Below, piece after piece: positions 8,776 through 18,386 of a DNA stretch of 32,000 nt. The position numbers were made by a program, and so were the translations under genes. A model generated the notes under the pieces. It had not been told where the DNA came from. It worked only from the letters and a program-made list of their open reading frames with translations, and did no database searches. Origin of the DNA: Synechococcus elongatus PCC 6301 (GTDB lineage Bacteria; Cyanobacteriota; Cyanobacteriia; Synechococcales; Synechococcaceae); assembly GCF_000010065.1 (NCBI RefSeq), contig NC_006576.1:1470001-1502000 (forward strand), given 5' to 3'. The number at the start of each line of letters is the position of its first letter. Position 1 is the stretch's first letter.

Positions 8776-10614
8776 CTAGAGCTTAGCGCCGCAGTCCGGA
8801 CAGAACTTGTGGCTGGGCAGGGTTTTCGCGCCGCAGCTCGAACAGGTCGCGATCGCCAAATCCAAATCCAGCGTCGGGTCCTTGGGCAAGCCCAGCATCT
8901 GCGCATTGCTGTGACCAGAGGGCACCATCGGATAACAGTTTTCATCCCTCTTGACGATCGCATCCAAGAACACCGGCCCATCAAAGGCCAACATTTCAGC
9001 GATCGCTGCTTGCAGCTCGTCTGGATGACTAACGCGCATCCCTTTGATACCAAAGGCTTCTGCCAGTTTCACAAAGTCGGGCATGCCCCGCTCCATGTTG
9101 GAGTTGGAATAGCGCTCGTCGTAGAACGCTTCTTGCCACTGGCGCACCATCCCCTGCCAGCCATTATTGACAACAACGACCTTGATCGGGATGTTGTACT
9201 GCGCTAGGGTCCCCAGCTCCTGAATATTCATCAGGATGCTGGCATCCCCAGCCACACAGATGACGGTGTCATCCGGCAGAGCCATTTGTGCTCCCATAGC
9301 GGCCGGCATACCAAAGCCCATCGTACCGAGACCTGCACTAGAGATCCAACGACGGGGACCATTCTTGATGAACTGAGCAGCCCACATTTGGTGCTGACCC
9401 ACATCCGTGGTGAAGTAAGCATCCGGTGCTGCTTCTCCCAAACTGTGAATCACTTGTTGGGGTGAGAGCACATCAGCGTAGTAGGGAATCTGCAGAGGAT
9501 ATTCCCGCTTCCAGTAGGCAATGCGATCGAGCCAAGGCTGAGTTCGAGTCGCATCATCGGCGCTGATTTGCTCTTCGGCACGCGCCAGAAGCTCATTCAG
9601 CACCTGGCGGACATCGCCCACGATTGGCACTTCCGGCACGCGGTTTTTACCGACTTCGGCCGGATCGATATCAACGTGAATAACTTGCGCTTTGGAGGCG
9701 AACTCATCCAGTTTGCCCGTGACACGATCGTCAAAGCGGGCACCCACCGCAATCAGCAGATCACATTCGCTGACGGCGAAGTTGGCATAGGCCGTGCCGT
9801 GCATCCCCAGCATGCCAAGCGCCAAGGGGTGCCGCTCATCAAAGGCCCCTTTGCCCATCAGAGTCGTTGTTACCGGCAGTTGGAAGCGCTCTGCAAAGGC
9901 CCGCAGCTCCGCATGGGCGCCGGCCGTAATTGCGCCGCCACCAACGTAGAGCAAGGGCCGACGGGCTACTCTCACAAGAGCGATCGCCTGAGCAATCTGA
10001 CGTGGGTTGCCCCGAGTTGTCGGACGATAGCCCGGCAGTCGAATATCCCCCGGAGCCACAGGCACATAATCAAATTCCTCAGTGCCGACATCCTTGGGCA
10101 CATCGATCAAGACAGGGCCAGGACGACCCGATTGGGCAATGTGGAAGGCTTCCGCCACAATCCGCGCCATGTCCCGTGGATCGCGCACCACGTAGGAGTG
10201 TTTGACGATTGGTAGCGTGATGCCGTAGATGTCTGTCTCTTGGAAAGCGTCGGTTCCGATCGCCGTGCGAGGCACCTGCCCCGTCACCACCACCATCGGG
10301 ATCGAGTCCATCTGGGCCGTAGCAATCCCGGTTACGAGATTGGTTGCACCAGGACCAGAAGTCGCAAAGCAAACCCCGACTTCACCCGTGGCTCGCGAGT
10401 AGGCATCTGCCGCATGGACTGCACCCTGCTCGTGGCGTACCAAAATATGTTGAACACGGCCAGCCGCCTCAGCCCGATGCAGCTCGTCGTAGATGGGCAG
10501 GATTGCCCCACCTGGATAGCCAAAGATGTGCTTAACTCCGTGCTGACAGAGACTATCAATCAGCGCATAAGCACCGGTCGCACGCTGTTGAATGGTGACC
10601 GTCTGCAGTTGCAC
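8776..10614 (-). CDS. ilvB: Acetolactate synthase large subunit with C-terminal zinc-ribbon-like tail
   Basis: TPP enzyme motifs [54 protein letters not shown]; C-terminus [22 protein letters not shown]. Confidence 0.93.
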   Translation of the reverse strand: MQLQTVTIQQRATGAYALIDSLCQHGVKHIFGYPGGAILPIYDELHRAEAAGRVQHILVRHEQGAVHAADAYSRATGEVGVCFATSGPGATNLVTGIATAQMDSIPMVVVTGQVPRTAIGTDAFQETDIYGITLPIVKHSYVVRDPRDMARIVAEAFHIAQSGRPGPVLIDVPKDVGTEEFDYVPVAPGDIRLPGYRPTTRGNPRQIAQAIALVRVARRPLLYVGGGAITAGAHAELRAFAERFQLPVTTTLMGKGAFDERHPLALGMLGMHGTAYANFAVSECDLLIAVGARFDDRVTGKLDEFASKAQVIHVDIDPAEVGKNRVPEVPIVGDVRQVLNELLARAEEQISADDATRTQPWLDRIAYWKREYPLQIPYYADVLSPQQVIHSLGEAAPDAYFTTDVGQHQMWAAQFIKNGPRRWISSAGLGTMGFGMPAAMGAQMALPDDTVICVAGDASILMNIQELGTLAQYNIPIKVVVVNNGWQGMVRQWQEAFYDERYSNSNMERGMPDFVKLAEAFGIKGMRVSHPDELQAAIAEMLAFDGPVFLDAIVKRDENCYPMVPSGHSNAQMLGLPKDPTLDLDLAIATCSSCGAKTLPSHKFCPDCGAKL

Positions 10615-10863
10615 AGCGAACCTCTCCCGATTGGCGGATCTAATGGACTGGTCGGTGGGAGTAGCCCAGAGCGCTTGGGTCTGTTGTCTGCAGAGCGTGA
10701 CTTTCTAAAAACTGAAAGCGGCGATCGCGACGAGGAACGACCTGTAGTCTAGGCTGCAATTCTAGACCTTTATTTTGCCATCAAAATCCGAGGCTGCCAT
10801 TCTCAATTTTGTGATAGAGGCAACAGGCTATTAAAAGTTTGCAATTACTCAGCAACTCGGCTC

Positions 10864-11466
10864 TTAACGCTGAGAAATCCGTTGAGCAGAGTACATCGCC
10901 TGCAGAATGGCACCCGGATCAATCCACTGCTCGTTGTAGCGCATGCCCCAGTGCAAATGCGGCCCAGTGGTACGGCCAGTCATCCCAATCCGACCTATCC
11001 GCTGTCCAGTCTGGATCGTGTAACCCTCAGGAATCACCAAACCACCAGCACGATCGACCATGGCTCGCTGACCATTGATTTGCTCGACGCGCCCCATCAT
11101 GTGGCAATAGATGTGGATGTAGCTGCCGGAAGCGATCACGACCGAGGTACCGCAGGCGCTGTCATCGGAAACCTCAATGACACGCCCCCCCCACCAGTTG
11201 CGGATGTAGCTTCCTTCGGGAGCCGCAATATCGAGTCCCAAGTGCGGCCGCGTACCGCCATTACCGTTGGGTCGAGGCTCCCCAAACCGGCCGGTGTAGG
11301 CTTGAAAGTTCTCAACGGGGAAGGAAGCGCTCTGCCACAGACTGGCGTAGGCAAAATCAACCGACTGAGCTTCGACGATTTGGCGCGATAGCCCCAGGGC
11401 CAAGCCAACGCCGATCGCTAGGACTTTCCAATGGCCCAGCTTCAATCGCCGCAGCGATCGCTTCAT
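10864..11466 (-). CDS. M23-family (LytM-like) peptidase, secreted
   Basis: N-terminal signal-like segment; RPHLGLDIAAPEGS and TGPHLHWGMR correspond to the M23 HxxxD and HxH zinc-site motifs. Confidence 0.85.
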   Translation of the reverse strand: MKRSLRRLKLGHWKVLAIGVGLALGLSRQIVEAQSVDFAYASLWQSASFPVENFQAYTGRFGEPRPNGNGGTRPHLGLDIAAPEGSYIRNWWGGRVIEVSDDSACGTSVVIASGSYIHIYCHMMGRVEQINGQRAMVDRAGGLVIPEGYTIQTGQRIGRIGMTGRTTGPHLHWGMRYNEQWIDPGAILQAMYSAQRISQR

Positions 11467-11603
11467 GGTCTGCTCTCCTCAGCACTCACACCTGCGGCCG
11501 CCAGAAAACAGCCGCTAACACCTTCGTCAGGCTTCAAACCTTCCTCAGGTTAGCGGCTGGTGGTGGAACTGGCTAGCAATCACGCGGGATGGGTACGACG
11601 CCG

Positions 11604-12767
11604 CTAGAGCAACCCCAAGGCATGCAGCGGCCCGCGGCCCGTCAGGAGCTCCACAAGCAAAGCGAGGAAGCCAAGCATGGCAATCCGACCATTCCAGACC
11701 TCGGCATTGAGGGTAATCCCCCACTCCCACCGTTCTTGGGGGTAGAGCTTTACTTTTTTGGGCAGCAAGGTGACATCTTCAAGGCGGAAGCGCGGCTGCT
11801 CTAAGGTTTGCTCCACTAGATCGCTCAGATCTTGAATGAACAAGGGATGGGTATTGAGGGCCGGCACCCGCAGGAAGCGTTCAATGCCCGCTTCTTCAGC
11901 GATTTCTCGGTACTCGATGTCAATCTCTTCGAGGGTTTCGATGTGCTCCGACACGAAGCTGATCGGCACCACAACCAGATCCTTGACCCCTCTCTCTGCA
12001 AGCTCTTCGAGCGCGTCCTCGGTGTAGGGCTGCAGCCACTCGACGGGACCGACTCGACTTTGATAGGCCAAGGTCCAAGGGTTCGAACGCCCCAAGGTTT
12101 CCATGATCTTGCGGGTGCAATCTTCGATTTCCCGCTGGTAGGGATCGCCAGCTTCCTCGACGTAGCTGACTGGCACCCCGTGGGCACTGAAGAAGACGTG
12201 GCCCTGTTCCGGTTGCTCGAGTTTGTCGAGTTCCTGGGCAATCAGCTCGGCCATGGCCTGCAGATAGCCCGATCGCTCATACCAAGAGGGTACGACTGAG
12301 CAGTCAATCTTTTGGAATTCGGGATCTCGATCGCGCAGCCGCTGTAGCAGGCGGAAGCTGGAGCCGCTGGTACTGATCGAGAACTGCGGATAAAGCGGCA
12401 GGATCACCAAGCGGTCAATGCCGTCGGCCTTAATCTGGGCGATCGCCTCTTCAGTGAAGGGATGCCAGTAGCGCATACCGATGTAGACCTGAGCGGCTTG
12501 ACCGCGATCGCTCAGGGATTGACGCAGGGCTGTGGCCTGCTCTTCGGTAATGCGGCGCAGAGGTGACCCCCCGCCAATTTGCTTGTAATTCTCTTGCGAT
12601 TTGCGGGTTCGCAAACTCGAGATTAGCCAAGCCAGCGGCTTTTGCAGCCAAGGAAATGGCAGGCGAATGATCTCGGGATCGGCAAAGAGGTTGTACAGAA
12701 AGGGGCCAACATCCTCTAGGCGTTCGGGACCGCCGAGGTTGAGTAGCAAGACGCCGACGCGCCCCAT
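11604..12767 (-). CDS. hemH: Ferrochelatase with C-terminal chlorophyll a/b-binding-like (HLIP/CAB) domain
   Basis: [53 protein letters not shown]; C-terminal [23 protein letters not shown]. Start corrected from 12911 to ATG at 12767. Confidence 0.93.
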   Translation of the reverse strand: MGRVGVLLLNLGGPERLEDVGPFLYNLFADPEIIRLPFPWLQKPLAWLISSLRTRKSQENYKQIGGGSPLRRITEEQATALRQSLSDRGQAAQVYIGMRYWHPFTEEAIAQIKADGIDRLVILPLYPQFSISTSGSSFRLLQRLRDRDPEFQKIDCSVVPSWYERSGYLQAMAELIAQELDKLEQPEQGHVFFSAHGVPVSYVEEAGDPYQREIEDCTRKIMETLGRSNPWTLAYQSRVGPVEWLQPYTEDALEELAERGVKDLVVVPISFVSEHIETLEEIDIEYREIAEEAGIERFLRVPALNTHPLFIQDLSDLVEQTLEQPRFRLEDVTLLPKKVKLYPQERWEWGITLNAEVWNGRIAMLGFLALLVELLTGRGPLHALGLL

Positions 12768-12868
12768 AGTGCTTTCCTGCCGTCGCTGCAATGCCCCTGA
12801 TCCTAACAGGCTCTTTCGCTTTGCTCGAAACTGCCTGCTAGAGTGCGGCAAGACTTCTGCTACGCCGC

Positions 12869-14176
12869 ATGCCGCGTTCCCGTCGTTCTGCCTTTGAGAT
12901 TGCGACTGCAATCGCCCAAGCCAACGAGCGATTTCGCTTAGCGGGGCTGCGGTTGCGCATTGAACAGCGGGGCGATTGTTTGGGACTGCGCGGTCAGTTT
13001 CCCCCCAAACCGGGCAGCGATCGCGATCGCCCCCATCAACAGCGGCTCAGTCTGGGATTGCCGCCCACAGCAGCCGGTTTGCGCGAAGCAGAACGACAGC
13101 TCAAGATTGTGGCGGGGCTGCTGCTGCAGGATCGTTTTGACTGGACGCCCTATCTAGTCTGGTCGCGGGAACCTCGCCTCAAGTCCGAGGACTTAGCAGC
13201 AGCGATCTGGCAGTTTGAGCAGCAGTTTTTTCAAGACCCCCAGCGATCGCAACGCCCTGCCTCAACTGAAACCACTTGGCGATCGGCCTATCAGCCCTAC
13301 CTCCGGCGTCTGCAGGCGATCGCCCAGCAACAGCCCCGCGAGGCTCTCAGCGATCAACTCCTCGCAACTTTGGCGAGCTACCCTGCCAACAGCCGCAGTG
13401 CGCAGCTCTGCATAACGGCACTGAAAGCCTTTGCGGCTTGGCTGGATCTCGATTTGCCAGAACTCCCGCGATCGCGCCTCAGCTACGGTGCGCAAACCCT
13501 GCAACCTCGCCAGCTCCCTAGTGATGCAGAGATTCTGCAAGCCTTCGATCGCATTCCCAACCCCGCTTGGCGCTTTGTCTTCGGGGTAATGGCGACCTAC
13601 GGCTTACGCAACCATGAGGTTTTCTTTGCGGATTACTCTGCCCTGACTCAAGGCGATCCCGAAGCCGTCCTCCGAGTGCTGAGCACGACTAAAACGGGCG
13701 AGCATGATGTTTGGCCATTTTTGCCGGATTGGGTGGAGCAGTTTGACCTGCGTCGAATTCAACTACCTGCGATCGCAACGGATCTCAACCAGACGACCCT
13801 GCAACGGATTGGCCAGCGCGTCACTCAGCAATTCCGCCGCTATAACTTGCCCTTTTCACCCTACGACCTGCGCCATGCTTGGGCAGTTCGCACTATTCAC
13901 CTGGGGCTACCAGACGCAGTGGCCGCCAAAATGATGGGGCACTCGATCGCAATTCATACCCGCACCTATCAGCGCTGGATTGGTCGCCGCGACCAGCAAC
14001 GTGCCGTGGCTGATACCTTGGCTCGTTGGCGCGATCGCGATGCCAAATCTGGGATATCGCTCCAAGGCGTCGGCGGGCAGTCAGCCACTCCCAGCAAGCG
14101 TGGTAAGAAGCAGCCCAAGGGTTCACCCGAAGCATCACCGCAACCAGCCAACCAACAGCTTGGCTTCTTCGCCTAG
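12869..14176 (+). CDS. Tyrosine recombinase / phage-integrase-family protein
   Basis: C-terminal catalytic layout: YGLRNHEVF (Arg I), [25 protein letters not shown] (xxLR box), [16 protein letters not shown] (GH...Y). Confidence 0.8.
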   Translation: MPRSRRSAFEIATAIAQANERFRLAGLRLRIEQRGDCLGLRGQFPPKPGSDRDRPHQQRLSLGLPPTAAGLREAERQLKIVAGLLLQDRFDWTPYLVWSREPRLKSEDLAAAIWQFEQQFFQDPQRSQRPASTETTWRSAYQPYLRRLQAIAQQQPREALSDQLLATLASYPANSRSAQLCITALKAFAAWLDLDLPELPRSRLSYGAQTLQPRQLPSDAEILQAFDRIPNPAWRFVFGVMATYGLRNHEVFFADYSALTQGDPEAVLRVLSTTKTGEHDVWPFLPDWVEQFDLRRIQLPAIATDLNQTTLQRIGQRVTQQFRRYNLPFSPYDLRHAWAVRTIHLGLPDAVAAKMMGHSIAIHTRTYQRWIGRRDQQRAVADTLARWRDRDAKSGISLQGVGGQSATPSKRGKKQPKGSPEASPQPANQQLGFFA

Positions 14177-14230
14177 CAGGAATCTCTGCTTCTGAGAGCA
14201 AAGACAATATCCAAGCCTGAAGAGAACCGA

Positions 14231-14866
14231 ATGACCAGCATTCTTCGTCCGCTCAGCTACCGCTACGCTTGGCTCTACGACACCGTGACCGCAATCTCGT
14301 CGGTGCCGGTGGGAGGGCCTCAACGACTCCGTCAAATCTTGATTGAGCCTCTGACGCTACCGCGATCGGCGCAGGTCCTCGACCTTTGCTGTGGGGGTGG
14401 GGTGACCACGGCAGCGCTCTGTCAGCGTTTTGATAACGTGGTTGGGCTGGATGCAGCGGCAACCGCGATCGCACGCGCCCAAGCCCTGACACCGCAGGCG
14501 AGTTACGTAGTGGCTCAGGCAGAGGCGATGCCCTTTGCAGCCAATCGTTTTGACCTGATTCAGATCAGTGTGGCGCTGCATGAGATGACGCCCGAGCAGC
14601 GGCAGCAAATTTTGCAGGAAGCATGGCGGGTCCTCAAGCCAGCCGGAACCCTAGCAATTCTCGATTTGCACCGCCCTCACAACCCGCTGTTTTGGCCGGC
14701 GATCGTCCTCTTCATTGAGCTGTTTGAAACCGAGACAGCTTGGCAACTCGTCCAGTCGGACTTGATCGCGCAACTCCAGGCGATCGGCTTTGGGCCAATC
14801 GAAGAAAAACTCTACAGCGGCGGCAGCCTTCAGGCGCTTTGGGCCCGTAAACCCGGCGATCGCTGA
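14231..14866 (+). CDS. Class I SAM-dependent methyltransferase
   Basis: VLDLCCGGGVTTAAL, VVGLDAAATAIARAQ, AEAMPFAANRFDLI. Confidence 0.85.
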   Translation: MTSILRPLSYRYAWLYDTVTAISSVPVGGPQRLRQILIEPLTLPRSAQVLDLCCGGGVTTAALCQRFDNVVGLDAAATAIARAQALTPQASYVVAQAEAMPFAANRFDLIQISVALHEMTPEQRQQILQEAWRVLKPAGTLAILDLHRPHNPLFWPAIVLFIELFETETAWQLVQSDLIAQLQAIGFGPIEEKLYSGGSLQALWARKPGDR

Positions 14867-16137
14867 GTCGCAAAGGTAGTCGTTGCCGCTTGCAGAGCCG
14901 CCAGCACAATCCAACTGAGCAGGTTGTTGCGGACATCAAAGACCGTGACATCCGCCGTGTTGAAAATGGCGCACCCAAGGCAGGCCAGCAGCAGCGTGAG
15001 CAGCAGGCGTTGATCCTGGCGATCGCTCGGAGCTTGGACAGACCAGCGCAGAAAAATCCATAGTGCGCGACCCAGGATGCTGCCCAGAATGCCGAGGAAG
15101 AGAAGGGTAGCCGGCAGACCAAATTCTGCGCTAAACATCAGGACCAAGTTGTGGGGATGCCCCAGCCAGACTTGAGTCGCCGTTTCATACTGCTGAGTAA
15201 AACTATGGGAGCCCCAGCCCAGCCAAGGGCGAGCCTCAGTCATTTGCCAAGCAAACTGCCACTGGTGCAAGCGAGACTCCGCTGGCGATCGCGGAATATC
15301 GGCAAACTTATCACCACTGAAGCGCGCCCAGAAAAAGGCTGGAATCCATTGGCGAAGGCGAACGCGTCCAGTCGGCCCAAAGGCTGCCCAGAGAATAGCG
15401 ATCGCGTAGCCGATGCCGCCCCAAACCAGCCATTTCAGACCTTCATAGAGAGCCAGAACTAAGGCGATCGCCCCAGCCACAATCCAGGCGTTTCGCGAAT
15501 CAGTCAGTAGCAGACATCCCCCCAGCAGACTGAGAAGGAGAGATAGGCCTAGCCAGCGCCGCCAGCGGCGTTGCGACAAACTTTCGCCCCAAAAACCAAG
15601 GGCTGCAGTCCAAGGCATGAGCAAATAGGCCGCCAGCCAGTTGGGATAGCCAAAGAAGGCATCCATCCGCCCTGAAGCGCGTCCCCCTGCATCGACAACC
15701 CAGTGAATGATGCCGAGCTTGAGACTAAAGCCCAAATTGGCATAGAGCTGCAGATAGCCAATGCAGCAGACTGGAATCGATCCGATCGCGAGAATCCACA
15801 ACAGCGATCGCAAAACCGACGGCTTGAGCAAGAGAGCCGGAGCCACCGCCAACAGCCAAAAGAAGGGTAGGAAGTTGGCGAGTCCTAGCCAGCGTAGGGA
15901 ACCGGAAGTCCCCACTAGGGCACTGAGCAGCAGCAGTCCACTTAACGCTAACAGCGCTTGATTGAGGGGCGACTTTAAGAGCTGCGATCGCTGCTGCCAA
16001 CTACTCCAACCCAAGGCAGGCACAACGGCTAGGCCCGCCAAGATGGGGCTATACGGCGCGAGGGTAACACCCGCTAAGATGCCTGTCGTTGCCAGAGCTT
16101 CTGCCGATGCCTGGCGCAGGATCGACCCTATACGCAA
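14830..16137 (-). CDS. O-antigen ligase/polymerase-like multi-TM membrane protein
   Basis: Many hydrophobic segments plus the motif RPWLGWGSHSFTQQY...HPHNLVLMFSAEFGLPATLLF typical of Wzy_C/O-antigen ligase proteins. Confidence 0.75.
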   Translation of the reverse strand: MRIGSILRQASAEALATTGILAGVTLAPYSPILAGLAVVPALGWSSWQQRSQLLKSPLNQALLALSGLLLLSALVGTSGSLRWLGLANFLPFFWLLAVAPALLLKPSVLRSLLWILAIGSIPVCCIGYLQLYANLGFSLKLGIIHWVVDAGGRASGRMDAFFGYPNWLAAYLLMPWTAALGFWGESLSQRRWRRWLGLSLLLSLLGGCLLLTDSRNAWIVAGAIALVLALYEGLKWLVWGGIGYAIAILWAAFGPTGRVRLRQWIPAFFWARFSGDKFADIPRSPAESRLHQWQFAWQMTEARPWLGWGSHSFTQQYETATQVWLGHPHNLVLMFSAEFGLPATLLFLGILGSILGRALWIFLRWSVQAPSDRQDQRLLLTLLLACLGCAIFNTADVTVFDVRNNLLSWIVLAALQAATTTFATQRSPGLRAQSA

Positions 16138-17093
16138 GCGAGTACCTCACTCCGAATCAAGCGAATTTGGGCCAGGGTAAAGACCACCGGGATGACTCGT
16201 CCATAGTTGGTAGCGATCGCCCGCCAACCGAGATCCGCGAGGAACCAGCCCCAGAGAGCCGGTCCTAAAATCGCGAGGGTTGAACGCATAGCCCCATAGC
16301 GCATCGTATGGCCCAGCACTGCCCGTCTTGCACCCTGGAGTGCCAGTTGTCCGGGCCAATGTAAACCCAAGGCGCCGAGTTGTTGGCAGGTGGTTCGCGC
16401 TAGTTGATAGCGGGCGATTTCGAGGGCGAGTTGGCGACTCAATTGTTGGAGTAGCCAGGGCCGCAGCACACTATTGATGGCGATCGCACTACTGCCTTCC
16501 AGCCAGAGTCGTACCGTCTCATGATTAAGAAGCTCTGGCCAGCGGGTTGCGGCGGGTGATTGAGCTAAGGCCCGCTGGAGGCGATCGCAGAGGGCTTGTC
16601 CGCGTTCGGCAGGCAACTGACGCCGGAGCCGTTCTGCCAAGCGGAGAAAGATTTCAGACTCTAACTCTAAGCTGCTCCAAGCCTGCTGATAGGGCAACTT
16701 CTGGTGTTTGCAAATCTGGATCAGAACTTGGTGATAGCTCAGCTGCTGCCAGCCGCCCTTCAGCACAGTGATCCCATCCGCCGCCAGGAAGCGAAAGCGT
16801 TGTTCAATACTCTGGCGCCAAACGGCTGGTTCCTGAGCCGCCACCTCAAGCGGACGCGGCGTTCGCCAGTAATCCCAAGGGTTGAATTTCGGTTGAAAGA
16901 GGACCGCCGTAATTTCGTGCAGTTCTTCCTCGGTGGCCAAGCTGAGCGCCATTTGCAGTTCCTGCACAGGGCTTGTCTCCGCAAGGGATGAGCTGCCCAA
17001 CCATCTTAGCGATCGGGGCCATCCGTTCCAAGGGGCAGGCCGGTTTCTGCCTAGGCTGGGCAAGGGCTTAGTCGATAATTCTGCCAGAGACAA
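16128..17093 (-). CDS. YaaW/UPF0174-like protein
   Basis: LSLATEEELHEITAVLFQPKFNPWDYWRTPRPLEV...WRQSIEQRFRFLAADGITVLKG resembles the YaaW-like family. Confidence 0.55.
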   Translation of the reverse strand: MSLAELSTKPLPSLGRNRPAPWNGWPRSLRWLGSSSLAETSPVQELQMALSLATEEELHEITAVLFQPKFNPWDYWRTPRPLEVAAQEPAVWRQSIEQRFRFLAADGITVLKGGWQQLSYHQVLIQICKHQKLPYQQAWSSLELESEIFLRLAERLRRQLPAERGQALCDRLQRALAQSPAATRWPELLNHETVRLWLEGSSAIAINSVLRPWLLQQLSRQLALEIARYQLARTTCQQLGALGLHWPGQLALQGARRAVLGHTMRYGAMRSTLAILGPALWGWFLADLGWRAIATNYGRVIPVVFTLAQIRLIRSEVLACV

Positions 17094-17111
17094 GACTGCA
17101 AGGAGATCGCT

Positions 17112-18161
17112 GTGAGTGAGTCGCTGGAAACCCTAAACGCGATCGTGGTGGGGGCTGGCTGGGCTGGGCTCACCTGTGCGCGATCGCTACAGGCTGCAGG
17201 TTGGTCGGTGCAAGTCTTGGAAAAGTCGCGGGGCTGGGGCGGTCGGGCAGCACGACGACGATTGGAGTTGGGTGGGTTTGCAGAACATGGCTTGCCAGCG
17301 CTGGCTGAGGGGTGGTCGTCTGTCGACTCGCTGATTGCACTCGGCCGCGATCGCGGGTTGCTGGAACTCTGGCAGGCAGACCATTGGCACTATAGTCACG
17401 GTCAACTAGAGCCGCGATCGCTACCGACCCAGTGGATGGCTCCGGCTGGATTGAGCGGCTTGGCTCGCGCTTATGGCGAAGGCCTCAGCATTGAGATCCA
17501 GCGACAGGTCAACCAAGTGACTTGGCAGGGCGATCGCTGGTGCGTTCAGACTGAGCAGGGCGATCGTTACACGGCCCGTTACCTTGGCCTCTTTGTGCCA
17601 GCGCCTCAGGCAGAGGTGTTAGTTCCATCTGAATGGCAACCTCCGACTCTTGCCAGCGTAAGTTACGACCCTTGCATCACAGTGATTGCAACCTACGGCG
17701 ATCACATTTTGACGGGCCCCGCAGCGGCCACAACAGGCCGGGCGATCGCGGCTTCAGGACGGAACTGGCGCTGGCTAGGGCTCGACAGCAGTAAGCGGCA
17801 GCAGCCTTCTGAAAGTGTTTGTGTCCTGCACAGCAGCGCAGCCTGGGCTGAGGCTCATTTTGACGATGTTGACTTGGGCAAAGCCGGTCAAGCGCTTCTC
17901 CAAGAAGCGGCTACAGATTTGGCAATGCCACTCCTGTCGGCGCGATCGCTACAGGTGCATCGCTGGCGCTATGCCTTGCCCCAGACTTCTGTGGCTGACC
18001 TAGTGCTACGGCTGGGCGATCGTGGCGTTTGTGGCGGGGACTGGTGCTCTGGCGGTGAGCCCGCGACGATTCCTGAGCAATCGATCGGTGGTAGTACCTT
18101 CGTCGCCGGCGCGATCGCCTCAGGGCAAGCAGGGGCTCAGCATCTGCTTCAGGCTGACTGA
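17112..18161 (+). CDS. FAD/NAD(P)-binding oxidoreductase (renalase-like)
   Basis: Rossmann motif VVGAGWAGLTCARSLQAAGWSVQVLEKSRGWGGRAARRR near the N-terminus and C-terminal SIGGSTFVAGAIASGQAG. Confidence 0.85.
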   Translation: MSESLETLNAIVVGAGWAGLTCARSLQAAGWSVQVLEKSRGWGGRAARRRLELGGFAEHGLPALAEGWSSVDSLIALGRDRGLLELWQADHWHYSHGQLEPRSLPTQWMAPAGLSGLARAYGEGLSIEIQRQVNQVTWQGDRWCVQTEQGDRYTARYLGLFVPAPQAEVLVPSEWQPPTLASVSYDPCITVIATYGDHILTGPAAATTGRAIAASGRNWRWLGLDSSKRQQPSESVCVLHSSAAWAEAHFDDVDLGKAGQALLQEAATDLAMPLLSARSLQVHRWRYALPQTSVADLVLRLGDRGVCGGDWCSGGEPATIPEQSIGGSTFVAGAIASGQAGAQHLLQAD

Positions 18162-18386
18162 AGCCCGTAAGGACTGAAACAGAGACAGAAGGGCCGCAGC
18201 TGGCCTTGAGCCAAAGCTGCATATCAAAAGTTTTCAGCAGGGGATGATCTTGGCCAGCACTACTGCGGTTGCAGGCGCGATCGCCCTAGGTTTTGCTATT
18301 GACTCAGCCTAGAGAAAACCAATGGCAGACTGAGATCGTCTTCCGCTCACAATTGCTGAAGACCAGAGAAGCGCAAGGGTCTGTTT

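Noticed and set aside
9568-10215. 215-aa plus-strand ORF inside ilvB
   Set aside because: Antisense to well-supported ilvB with no recognisable motif; H/R-rich shadow ORF.
11832-12299. 155-aa plus-strand ORF inside hemH
   Set aside because: Antisense to conserved ferrochelatase coding sequence.
12869-14176. Prophage or integrative element at the integrase gene
   Set aside because: No phage structural, replication or transfer genes, no tRNA and no direct repeats beside it. Neighbours are housekeeping genes, so only a solitary recombinase is supported.
18164-18232. Possible CRISPR-like or terminator sequence after the FAD oxidoreductase (GCAGCTGGCC...GCCAAAGCTGC)
   Set aside because: No second copy of the unit nearby. 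The hairpin is imperfect and lacks a T-tract, so it is too weak to call.
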